Assembly: GCA_963767925.1 (NCBI GenBank)
Contig: CAVYGB010000012.1
Coordinates: 10,078 to 74,077 of the forward strand
Direction of reading: 5' to 3'
Length of the DNA stretch: 64,000 nucleotides
Source of the DNA: an uncultured delta proteobacterium
Lineage (GTDB): Bacteria; Myxococcota_A; Polyangia; Fen-1088
Shown here: in pieces, positions 44,040 through 52,449 of the stretch
Layout of the letters: each line of letters begins with the position of its first letter
Numbering within the stretch: the first letter of the stretch is position 1
Made by a program: the position numbers and the translations under genes
The notes under the pieces: model-generated
The model's input: the letters and a program-made list of their open reading frames with translations, nothing else
Told to the model about the DNA's origin: nothing
The model's database searches: none

Positions 44040-45704
44040 ATGCGCGACGAAGTCAAACGCTGTTACTTCGACGAGAAGAAGTGTGGCCGTTCGATTGGCC
44101 TTGCCTTGGGCCTCTGTCTTGGGATGCATCTCGCTGCGTTTTGGTTCGCGCCCGTCCTGCCGGGACAAGATCTCCCTCAACATCTTGCGTACGCACGCAT
44201 CTTCGCTGATTACAGAAGCAACCACCTCTATCAGGACCTCTACCAGTTGCCGGAGCGATTCCAGACCTACTTCCTGTCGTATTACGCGCTGGCAGGGCTC
44301 GCTCCAATCATGCCTGTTACCGTCGCTACACGGCTTCTGTTCTCCCTTTATGCCGTCGCAATGGTAGGGGCGTTCGCGGCTTTGGTGCGAGCGACGCACC
44401 GCCTTGATCGCGGCTTGGGGATTCCCAGTACAACTCCCCTGGCCGCGCTGATCATCTGGAATCCGTTGGCGGCTATGGGATTTTTCGAGTTTGTACTAAC
44501 GGGACCGATCTTCGTTTTCGGATTCGCCTGCTACTTGCGGCTGAGTGTCGACGGTGAACGGTGGACGACGCGCGTCTTGCTGGTTGCGATGGCGGTCCTG
44601 CTGGCCTCCCTGCACGTTGCCGCCGCGGGCATGTTCGTTCTGTTTGTGACTCTCCACGCGGCGCTCAAACACGATGGTCGCAGCCTCGAAGCTTCTCTTC
44701 TGGCGATTGCGTCCACGGCCCTTGCTTTCGCCGTCTGGAATCTGGTGGGGGAACCAGGCCTTGGAAGCATGGCAGGTATCGATTGGCTTGACCGATCGAG
44801 AGCGAATGCGGGACTGAGCTTCATTTCGGAAGCCATGACTGCCAAGTGGAACGATCCCCTGACGAAGATCGGTTACGCGGCATGGGCGCTTCTGGGGCCC
44901 TTTCGATTCACATCGCAGGTGACCATCGCCGCCATCCTCGGCGCCGTCTTCTACCTCGCAGATCGACGGAATCGAGCACCGTCGGACGCCTTCGCTCGCG
45001 AAACCACGAGATTTGTCATGCTAATGCTCGGGATATGTTTCTTAATTCCTTGGGGCATATACGTGCCGACGGAGTTCACCTTCATCGACTTCCGCGTACT
45101 CACTTACTCCGTACTCGTGGGTTTAGCCTGTATCTCCCCAGCGCTCTTCTCTTCTCCGAGAGCGGTTCTGGCCATCGCCGGGGCCGCTGTTCTGGTTTCA
45201 GGGCACTTTGCCTGGCAAACCTTTCAGCTGGGACGTGAAGTCGCTCCGGCCATTTCCCTGTTGAGAAGGGCGACTCCGGGCGGAATGATGGCTTCATTGT
45301 CCTTCAAAAATCAAAGCGCATTTTTCGGTGATCTCTTCAGGGTCACGCATTTTCTGCCTATGTACTACACGGTTGAGGGCGCAGGGGCGAATACCCAGTT
45401 CTGGGCGAAATACACAGACCATCTGCCGATTGGATACAAGGCTGGTCGGGATCCCGGCGGCACGGCGGATTGGGCACCAGATACGTTCCGGCTTGTTGAC
45501 CTGAAACGATCAAATTACCTCTTCGTGGAGAAGCCGTTTGCCCTGAGTTCAAAACAGACCTGGGCGAACTACTCCGCGGTCATGGAAAAAATTCGGTTTG
45601 CCTCCGCGTTGTCTCTGCTCGATTGTCATGGCGACTATTGCCTCTACCGGGTGGATCCGTCCAAGATCCCGGAAGAACCACTGCCTGGGAAGGGGGGAAT
45701 CTAA
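44040..45704 (+). CDS. Polytopic membrane protein, GT-C glycosyltransferase-like
   Basis: Roughly 10-12 hydrophobic segments, an acidic first-loop motif PGQDLPQH and a soluble C-terminal domain. Confidence 0.7.
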   Translation: MRDEVKRCYFDEKKCGRSIGLALGLCLGMHLAAFWFAPVLPGQDLPQHLAYARIFADYRSNHLYQDLYQLPERFQTYFLSYYALAGLAPIMPVTVATRLLFSLYAVAMVGAFAALVRATHRLDRGLGIPSTTPLAALIIWNPLAAMGFFEFVLTGPIFVFGFACYLRLSVDGERWTTRVLLVAMAVLLASLHVAAAGMFVLFVTLHAALKHDGRSLEASLLAIASTALAFAVWNLVGEPGLGSMAGIDWLDRSRANAGLSFISEAMTAKWNDPLTKIGYAAWALLGPFRFTSQVTIAAILGAVFYLADRRNRAPSDAFARETTRFVMLMLGICFLIPWGIYVPTEFTFIDFRVLTYSVLVGLACISPALFSSPRAVLAIAGAAVLVSGHFAWQTFQLGREVAPAISLLRRATPGGMMASLSFKNQSAFFGDLFRVTHFLPMYYTVEGAGANTQFWAKYTDHLPIGYKAGRDPGGTADWAPDTFRLVDLKRSNYLFVEKPFALSSKQTWANYSAVMEKIRFASALSLLDCHGDYCLYRVDPSKIPEEPLPGKGGI

Positions 45705-45984
45705 GTCAGTAGCGCCCGCGTAGAGCGCGCGGTAGGTCTCTTCCAGTCCGCTCACGAAGGTGGGATCGTCAAGCAAGGGGCGTAGGCAATCGGTAGGCAC
45801 TCCAGCGTTCGACAGTCATCACCACAAACTTGGCTTTCAAGACCCGGGACACCGTCTTTCGAGGTGCCGCGTGAGTGGGCGCCCTCGTCGACCGTTTTGT
45901 CGAGCGCTGCCTTTCCGGCGATATCGACGCCGAGCGCTGGCGTTAACGAAACGCCACCGACCGCCTTCTCCCCCCGTCGGTCCC

Positions 45985-46747
45985 CTTGCCACTCGAACGC
46001 GGAGGGCGCCTTCGCTCGCTACTCGCTGCACGAGCCCCGGAGCACATGGAGAGATGCCAGCGTCTGCTGGCCGTGCCCTACAAACGGGCCTGGGTCCGGG
46101 CCGTCGAGGATCTCGAAGGCGAAGAGTTTCGGGCTATGCTTGAAGCCGCTGACCGTCGCACCCGCGAGGGCCCGCCGCGACTACGCGCTCCTCCTCACGT
46201 TTCTCAATACCGGTGCCCGCGTGCAGGAGTTGCTCGACGTTCGGCCGGTCGATCTCCAACTCGTGCGCCCTCTTCAGATTCGTCTCTGCGGCAAGGGGCG
46301 CAAGGAGCGCTTCTGTCCGATCTGGCCGGGGACTGCGGCGGCCCTGCGGGAGCTCGTGGCAGAAGCGGGACTCATTGGCAGCTCGACAGCCGGCTCTTCC
46401 GCAATCGACGTGGTGAGCCCCTGACCCGCTTTGGCGTGCGGCACATCCTGCGGACCTACGCGCAGCGGGCGCAGAAATCGACGCCGAGCCTGGCCCGCAA
46501 GCTCGTGCATCCGCATACGATGCGCCATACGGCGGCCGTGCATCTTCTGCAGGCCGGCGTGGATCTCGTGTCGATCAGCCACTGGCTCGGCCATCAAACC
46601 GTCGAGACCACAAATCGCTACGCCACCCTGGACCTCGAGACCAAGCGCAAGGCTGTCGCGAAGGTAGGACCGATCGGGGATGACGACCGCGCATCTGCTG
46701 CGTGGCGCTCGGACGCCTCGGTCCTCGCCTGGCTTAAAGCGCTGTGA
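45985..46747 (+). pseudogene. Tyrosine recombinase, RIT-element third-gene type; 5'-truncated and frameshifted
   Basis: RDYALL..NTGARVQE, GKGRKER, HPHTMRHTAAVHLL, WLGH, TNRYA and the C-terminal LAWLKAL. Confidence 0.85.
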
Positions 46748-46754
46748 CCCCGAA

Positions 46755-46877
46755 TTATGTGGAGTCGGGGACGACAAAGGCCTCGAATTCCGCGAATTTC
46801 CCGTGGTCCGCCGGGCGACTCCACATTACCAGGTGCTCCACATGAGTCGACTTATGTGGAGCTCCACATAAGTAGAC
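46755..46877. repeat. RIT-type terminal sites (TTATGTGGAG/CTCCACATAA motifs) with a 24-bp perfect palindrome
   Basis: Motifs at 46755, 46819, 46836, 46852 and 46862, and the palindrome acttatgtggagctccacataagt at 46850-46873. Confidence 0.8.
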
Positions 46878-47246
46878 GAGTTGGGCTTCGTGCCCTTTGA
46901 TCGGGCTGGCGGCGAGCTGCTCTTTTACTGCTCGCCGACCGATACGAGAAGCGCAGCGTCCTGGTCACTTCAAATCTCGCCTTCGCCGAGTGGGTGAAGG
47001 TCTTCGCTGGCGACGAGAAGCTCACCACGGCGCTGCTCGACCGGCTGGCCCACCACGCGACCGTCATCGCCACCAAGGGTCGTAGCTACCGCATGCGCAA
47101 GCGGGTAGCCGACGACGTCTCCCCACCCACGGTCCCCCCCACCTTGCCCAAGCCCACTCGCAAGGCGTAAGCTGGCCTCCATTCACATAGCCGATGGGTG
47201 GATCAGTTTTGGAGCGGCGAAGTGGATCACTTTTGGAGCGGCGGCA
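46872..47246 (+). mobile_element. istB: IS21-family 3' remnant (istB C-terminus and right-end repeats)
   Basis: VDELGFVPFD...TSNLAFAEW...ALLDRLAHH...GRSYR, followed by the repeats gtggatca[g/c]ttttggagcggcg at 47198 and 47222 ending in CA. Confidence 0.88.
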
Positions 47247-47550
47247 GCAGCCTCAGCCAGTAGTACGCCGTCGATGGGTTTCACGCCCGTCCAGGCCGCC
47301 GCCTCCGATACCGTCGCTAGGTGGTCACCAGGTCGGCCACGTCGGATCGCTGCTTGCCCGTGTAGTGCCTACGCATGCGCCCAGGGTGCCGGCCCTCCCG
47401 GCGTCGCGCCATGTGCGGTCCGTGCAGCGGTTACCTTGATCCAGCAGTTCCGAGGTTCCACGCCGCCAGAAGGCTTGGTAGTTCAGACGTCAGGCGTTAC
47501 GCCGCTGCCCACTTCGGACTGAGAGGGTTCCGCCCTTCACCGCCGGGTGA

Positions 47551-49095
47551 TCAGAGGGGCTGGTGGGCGGCCTGTTCGGCCTGGGCGGCGGTGAGGGCTC
47601 CCGTCTTGACCATGAGCTGCAGGACGTTGTCGCGGCGGGCGCGGGCGGCTTGGGGGTGGCGGCGGGGGGAGGTGCGGGCGGGCGCGTGGGCGATCCCGGC
47701 CAGCAGCGCGCATTGCCCGACGTCGAGCTCGGGGACCTCCCGGGAGAAGTAGCGGCGGGCGGCGGCCTGCACCCCGAAGGCGCCTTCACCCAGGAAGATA
47801 CCGTTGAGGTAGAGGGTGAGGATCTCCTGCTTGGAGTAGCGCCGTTCGAGCTCGTGGGCGAGCACCACCTGGCGCAGCTTGCGGGCGACGGTGGGCTCGG
47901 GGCCGAGCGAGAGCTTCGCCAGTTGCTGGGTGATGGTCGAGCCACCCTGCTCGACGCCGCCGGTCTCGAGGTTGGTGAGCAACGCCCGGCCCATGGCGCG
48001 CAGGTCGACCCCTTCGTGATCGAAGAAGCGGCGGTCCTGGGCGGCCACGAAGGCCTGCACCAGGGCCGGCGGGAACCGATCGAAGGGGACGAAGCCAGCG
48101 GGCAGCGCCGGCGCCGCGCGGTCTGGCCCGAGAGCCGCCGCCGGGACCGCCGCGCCCGGCGCGACCGGGTTCGCGGGCGGCGGCCCCGGCGGAGCCGACG
48201 CCAGCAGCGCAAGCTGTCCGGGCAGCGGCAGGTGCGCCGGCAGCTCGGCGAGCGCCTGCAGCCCCGCCACCGCCGCCACCCCACCGGCCACGACGACGGC
48301 GGCGAAGAGCACCGGCAAGACGGCGATCCCCGCCGAGGCCACCGGCGCCAGCGCCCCCCCGGCGGACGGCCCCCCGGGAAGGGGCGCCCGAGGAACCGCG
48401 GCGCTCGTCGACGCCGGCGGCGAAGCGCTCGTCGAAGCCGATGTCGATGCCGTCGGCGAGGCGCTCGTCGACGCCGGCGGCGAAGCGCTCGTCGAAGCCG
48501 ATGTCGATGCCGTCGGCGAAGCGCTCGTCGATGCTGGCGGCGACGGCGCAGCCGCGCCGGTACCGCCCGGCAGCACCAGCAGCGCCCAGTCGCGCCGCCA
48601 CTCCGGGCGCCCGCGGTCGAGGGCGGCCCGCAGGCGGTCGAGCGCGCTGCTGAGGCGCCAGCGGATCGTCCCCGCCGGCACCGCCAGGCGGCGGGCGATC
48701 TCCGCCGCGGAGCGGCCGTCGAAGTAGCGCAGGAGCAAGGTCTGCCGGAAGGGCTCCTCGAGCGCCTCCACCCGGTCGGCCAGGAGCCGCTGGATCTCCA
48801 GGCGGCCCAGCGACTGCTCGGGGGTGGGCAACGGATCGGCCGGGGCGGCGGCGCGCTCGCGCGCGCGCCGGCGGTCGGCGCTGCGGAAGCGGTTGTGCCC
48901 GAGACGCCGGAGCACGGTGGCCAGCCAGGCGCGCGGCTGGCGGGTGGCGGTGGGACGTTCGAGGGCCTTGACCCAGACCTCCTGGCAGAGGTCGTCGGCA
49001 TCGCCGGGCGCGACGAGCGCGCGGGCCAGCCGCCGGGCCCAGGCCGCGTGCGCGAGGAGCTGCGTCAGATCGGTTCCGTCTGCTGCTTTCGACAT
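47551..49095 (-). CDS. ECF sigma factor fused via a linker and TM helix to a GT51 transglycosylase-like domain with both key Glu replaced by Gln
   Basis: Sigma2 DADDLCQEVW/RAWL, sigma4 LLLRYFDG..AEIARRLAVPAGTIRWRL, TM IAVLPVLFAAVVVAGGV, and GT51 motifs QDRRFFDHEG, GGSTITQQLAK, RKLRQ, KQEILTLYLN and LAG, all in one uninterrupted ORF. Confidence 0.9.
   Translation of the reverse strand: MSKAADGTDLTQLLAHAAWARRLARALVAPGDADDLCQEVWVKALERPTATRQPRAWLATVLRRLGHNRFRSADRRRARERAAAPADPLPTPEQSLGRLEIQRLLADRVEALEEPFRQTLLLRYFDGRSAAEIARRLAVPAGTIRWRLSSALDRLRAALDRGRPEWRRDWALLVLPGGTGAAAPSPPASTSASPTASTSASTSASPPASTSASPTASTSASTSASPPASTSAAVPRAPLPGGPSAGGALAPVASAGIAVLPVLFAAVVVAGGVAAVAGLQALAELPAHLPLPGQLALLASAPPGPPPANPVAPGAAVPAAALGPDRAAPALPAGFVPFDRFPPALVQAFVAAQDRRFFDHEGVDLRAMGRALLTNLETGGVEQGGSTITQQLAKLSLGPEPTVARKLRQVVLAHELERRYSKQEILTLYLNGIFLGEGAFGVQAAARRYFSREVPELDVGQCALLAGIAHAPARTSPRRHPQAARARRDNVLQLMVKTGALTAAQAEQAAHQPL
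48401..48543. repeat. 60-bp in-frame tandem repeat (about 2.4 copies) encoding a Ser/Thr/Ala/Pro linker
   Basis: Units at 48401, 48461 and 48521 encode PPASTSASPTASTSASTSAS. Confidence 0.9.
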
Positions 49096-49763
49096 GGTCC
49101 CTGCGAGACACCGCCGGCCGCCGCAGTGTTGGCGGCGCCCTCGGCGAGCGCCCCCTCCACCGCCGCCACGCTCTCCAGGATACGATCCGCCCCCGCGAAC
49201 GCGCAGCGGCGGGTGAAGTGGGAGGGGACGACCCAGCAGGTCAGGCCCGCCGCCACAGCCGCCCGCAGCCCCCGCTCCGAGTCCTCGATCACCAGGCAGT
49301 CCTCCGGCCGCAGGCCGCTGCGGGCGACGGCCCGCAGGTAGGGCTCGGGATCGGGCTTGGAGACCCGGTAGTCCGCGGGCGTCAGCACGAACTCGAACAG
49401 GGCCAGGAAGCTCGGGTCGCGGTGGATGCGGGCGAAGTGCTCGCTGCTGGTCACGATGGCCATGCGGTAGCGGGCCGCCAGGCGCCGCACCACGTCCGCC
49501 ACGCCGGGGATGGCGGTCGGGCCGGCGTCGATCAGCGCGCCGAAGCGCTCATCGCGTCGCCGCCGCAGCGCCGGGATCGCCTCCGGGCTCAACCCCGGCA
49601 CCAGGTGCCAGGCTCCCCGCGACTGCCGCAGGAAGCACTCCAGGTAGTCCTCCTCGAGGAGGTCGAAGCCCAGGGTGGCCATCACCTCGCGGGTGGCCTG
49701 GTAATAGAGGCCCTCGGTGTCGACGAGGACGCCGTCGTTGTCCCAGAAGATCGCCTTCCACAC
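49065..49763 (-). CDS. HAD-superfamily phosphatase
   Basis: WDNDGVLVDTE, IVTSS, KPDPEPY and VIEDSERG. The 3' end overlaps the ECF gene start. Confidence 0.9.
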   Translation of the reverse strand: MWKAIFWDNDGVLVDTEGLYYQATREVMATLGFDLLEEDYLECFLRQSRGAWHLVPGLSPEAIPALRRRRDERFGALIDAGPTAIPGVADVVRRLAARYRMAIVTSSEHFARIHRDPSFLALFEFVLTPADYRVSKPDPEPYLRAVARSGLRPEDCLVIEDSERGLRAAVAAGLTCWVVPSHFTRRCAFAGADRILESVAAVEGALAEGAANTAAAGGVSQGPCRKQQTEPI

Positions 49764-49784
49764 GCCCGCGAGGGTAGCACCGAC

Positions 49785-50573
49785 TCAGGGCCGCTTCCGC
49801 TCCGCCTCCTGGTGGCGCTGCTGCTCTTCCATGACCAGCGCGCCCAGCTCGCGCTCGATGGCGTTGAAGGCGGGCGACGCCGGATCGCGCGGGCGCGGCA
49901 GGGCGATGACCTGGTCGCGCTTGATGGTGCCGGGGCGGTAGGTCATCACCACCACCCGATCGGCCAGGTAGACCGCCTCCTCGATGTTGTGGGTGACGAA
50001 CACGATGGTCTTGCGGAAGCGGCCCCAGATGCGCAGCAGCTCGTCCTGCAGGTTGCGGCGGGTGAGGGCGTCGAGGGCCCCGAACGGCTCGTCCATCAAC
50101 AAGATCGGGGGGTCGATGGCCAGGACGCGGGCCAGGGCCACCCGCTGGCGCATGCCCCCGCTGAGGTCGCGGGGGAAGCGGTCGCCGAACTCCTCCAGCC
50201 CGAACAGGGCCAGCAGCTCGCCCACGCGCCGGTCGATCTCCGGGCGGGGGAGGCCCTTGACCTGCAGGCCGAAGGCGACATTGTCGGCCACCGTCATCCA
50301 GGGAAAGAGCGCGTACTCCTGGAACACCATGCCCCGCTCGGGCCCCGGCCCGCTGACCACCTTGCCCTCGACCAGCACCTGGCCCGCGCTCGGTGGGACG
50401 AACCCGGCGATGGCGTTCAGCAGGGTGGACTTGCCGCAGCCCGAGGGGCCCAGCAGACAACACAGCTCCCCCCGGGCCACCTCGAGATCGATCCCGGCCA
50501 GGGCAACGACGTCGCGCTCTCGCCCCCGGAAGACCTGGTGGACGCCGCGGGCCAGGATGTGGCTCGGCTCCAT
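49785..50573 (-). CDS. NitT/TauT-family ABC transporter ATPase
   Basis: GPSGCGKST, LSGGMRQR and LLMDEPFGALD. Confidence 0.93.
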   Translation of the reverse strand: MEPSHILARGVHQVFRGRERDVVALAGIDLEVARGELCCLLGPSGCGKSTLLNAIAGFVPPSAGQVLVEGKVVSGPGPERGMVFQEYALFPWMTVADNVAFGLQVKGLPRPEIDRRVGELLALFGLEEFGDRFPRDLSGGMRQRVALARVLAIDPPILLMDEPFGALDALTRRNLQDELLRIWGRFRKTIVFVTHNIEEAVYLADRVVVMTYRPGTIKRDQVIALPRPRDPASPAFNAIERELGALVMEEQQRHQEAERKRP

Positions 50574-50577
50574 CGCC

Positions 50578-51396
50578 TCAGCCGTGCTCCAGCCCGCGGT
50601 GCCAGCGCAGCAGGTGATCGGTGAGCCGGCTCATCAGCAGATCGATGCCGAGGCCCAGCAGGCCGATGGTGATCATGCCGGCGATGATCTTGTCCGACCA
50701 CATGAACTCCCGGGCCTCGAGGATGCGGTACCCAAGGCCGTCGTTGACCGCGATCATCTCCGAGACGATCACCACGATGAAGGCGGTGCCCACTCCGATG
50801 CGCATGCCGGTCAGGATGTACGGCATCGCCGCCGGCACGATGATCCGCCGGAACAGGGTGGCCCGCCCGGCGCCCAGGTTGCGGGCGGCGCGCAGATAGA
50901 TGCCGTCGACGTTGCGGACGCCGGCGATTGTGTTCATCAGCACCGGGAAGAAGGCCCCCAGCGCGATGAGGAAGATGGCGGGCGGGTTGCCGAGGCCGAA
51001 CCAGAGGATGGCCAGGGGGATGTAAGCGATGGGCGGGATCGGGCGCAGCACCTGCAAGATCGGGTTGAAGAGCTGGTGGGCCCGCGGGCTGGCTCCCATG
51101 CCCAGGCCGACGGGCAGGGCCAGCGCCGCCCCCACCAGGAACCCGATCACCACCCGGTACAGGCTCGAGGCGGCGTCGGTGAGCAGCTCCCCCGACAGCA
51201 GCCAGGCCAGGTACGAGCCCTCCGCCGGATCGTGGGGCGCCGCCGGCCGCAGCCCGGCCAGCCAGCGGGCCGCCACCGCCGAGGGGGCGGGCAACACGAC
51301 CGGCGCGACAAGCCCGGCGCGGGCGCAGGCCTCCCAGACCGCCACCAGCGCCAGGGGCACGGCCGCCCCGCGCAGGGCCCGCCTCCAGCCGCTCAC
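50578..51396 (-). CDS. NitT/TauT-family ABC transporter permease
   Basis: LPAPSAV, LRPIPPIAYIPLAILWFG, AARNLGA and SEMIAVNDGLG. The GTG start overlaps the binding-protein stop. Confidence 0.92.
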   Translation of the reverse strand: MSGWRRALRGAAVPLALVAVWEACARAGLVAPVVLPAPSAVAARWLAGLRPAAPHDPAEGSYLAWLLSGELLTDAASSLYRVVIGFLVGAALALPVGLGMGASPRAHQLFNPILQVLRPIPPIAYIPLAILWFGLGNPPAIFLIALGAFFPVLMNTIAGVRNVDGIYLRAARNLGAGRATLFRRIIVPAAMPYILTGMRIGVGTAFIVVIVSEMIAVNDGLGYRILEAREFMWSDKIIAGMITIGLLGLGIDLLMSRLTDHLLRWHRGLEHG

Positions 51397-52364
51397 CGGG
51401 CGGGCGCCTCCCCGCGGGCCTTCTCCAGCAGGTCGAGCTTGACCCAGTCCTCGGCGCGCGGCGGGCGGGCCATGCGCCCCACCCCGAACCGCTGCATGAG
51501 CTCGGTCGTGACGGCGATGTGGGGGACGGTGACGTCGTGGGTGAAGGCGGCGTTGCTCATGGCGTCCTGGTAGTCCTGGGCGCCGAGCTGACCCTTGAAC
51601 AGCTTGGCGCGCACGTAGGACTCGGCCAGCTTCCCGTCCTGCAGGAAGGCCCGGGTGGCGGCCACGAACAGGCGCACGAACCGCTCGGCCACCTCGCGCC
51701 GCTCGCGGTAGAGCTTCTCGGTGACAACCAGGGTCCGCACCGGCTCGCCCAGGGCGGTGTCGTAGGGCTTGTTCACCTCCACCCCGATCTTGCGGCTGAG
51801 GGCCTGCGCCGACTGCGGCTCCGACTGGCACATGGCATCGATCTGCTTGCCCGCCAGCGCCTGGTTCAGATCGGCGAAGGCCAGGTACACGATGCGCACG
51901 TCTTTGCCCGGCTTCTCCGACCAGGTGAGGCCGTGTTTCGCGAGCTGGGCCAGCAGCAGCAGCTCCATGGTGGCGCCCCGGGTGACGCCCACCCGCTTGC
52001 CCTTGAGCCCGGCGACCGAGGTGATGCCGGCGCCCGCCCCGGCGACGATGCGGGCGCCGCCCCGGGCGAACCCGGCCACGACGTAGATCGGCACCCCGTT
52101 GGCCCGGGCGGCGATGGCCGCCTCCGCGCCGCTGGCGGCGGCGTCGATCTCGCCCGCCACGATGGCCGGCATGATGTCCACCCCCTTGGCGAAGATCCGC
52201 TCCTCGATCTTCAGGCCGAAGCGGGGGGCCAGCTCCTTCATGTACGAGACGGCGCCGTAGTGGGCGAACTTGAGGTTGCCGAGGCGGACCACGTCTTCGG
52301 CCCGCGCGCGCCCGGCCCCGGCCAGCAGCCCCAGCATCACGAGGGGAATCGTCGGCGATCTCAT
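51393..52364 (-). CDS. NitT/TauT-family substrate-binding protein
   Basis: Signal peptide, GEIDAA, LKGKRVGVTRG and IDAMCQSEP. Confidence 0.9.
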   Translation of the reverse strand: MRSPTIPLVMLGLLAGAGRARAEDVVRLGNLKFAHYGAVSYMKELAPRFGLKIEERIFAKGVDIMPAIVAGEIDAAASGAEAAIAARANGVPIYVVAGFARGGARIVAGAGAGITSVAGLKGKRVGVTRGATMELLLLAQLAKHGLTWSEKPGKDVRIVYLAFADLNQALAGKQIDAMCQSEPQSAQALSRKIGVEVNKPYDTALGEPVRTLVVTEKLYRERREVAERFVRLFVAATRAFLQDGKLAESYVRAKLFKGQLGAQDYQDAMSNAAFTHDVTVPHIAVTTELMQRFGVGRMARPPRAEDWVKLDLLEKARGEAPAR

Positions 52365-52449
52365 TTCTGCTCAATCCCTCTAGCACGACCGGCCCGGTGG
52401 CGCGCGCGGCCCGCCCCGCCCTTCCCTGCCGCCCGGGCCGGTGTTACGA

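Noticed and set aside
45549..45800. Small minus-strand CDS
   Set aside because: It overlaps the end of the membrane-protein gene and has no recognisable motif. At most it is a fragment.
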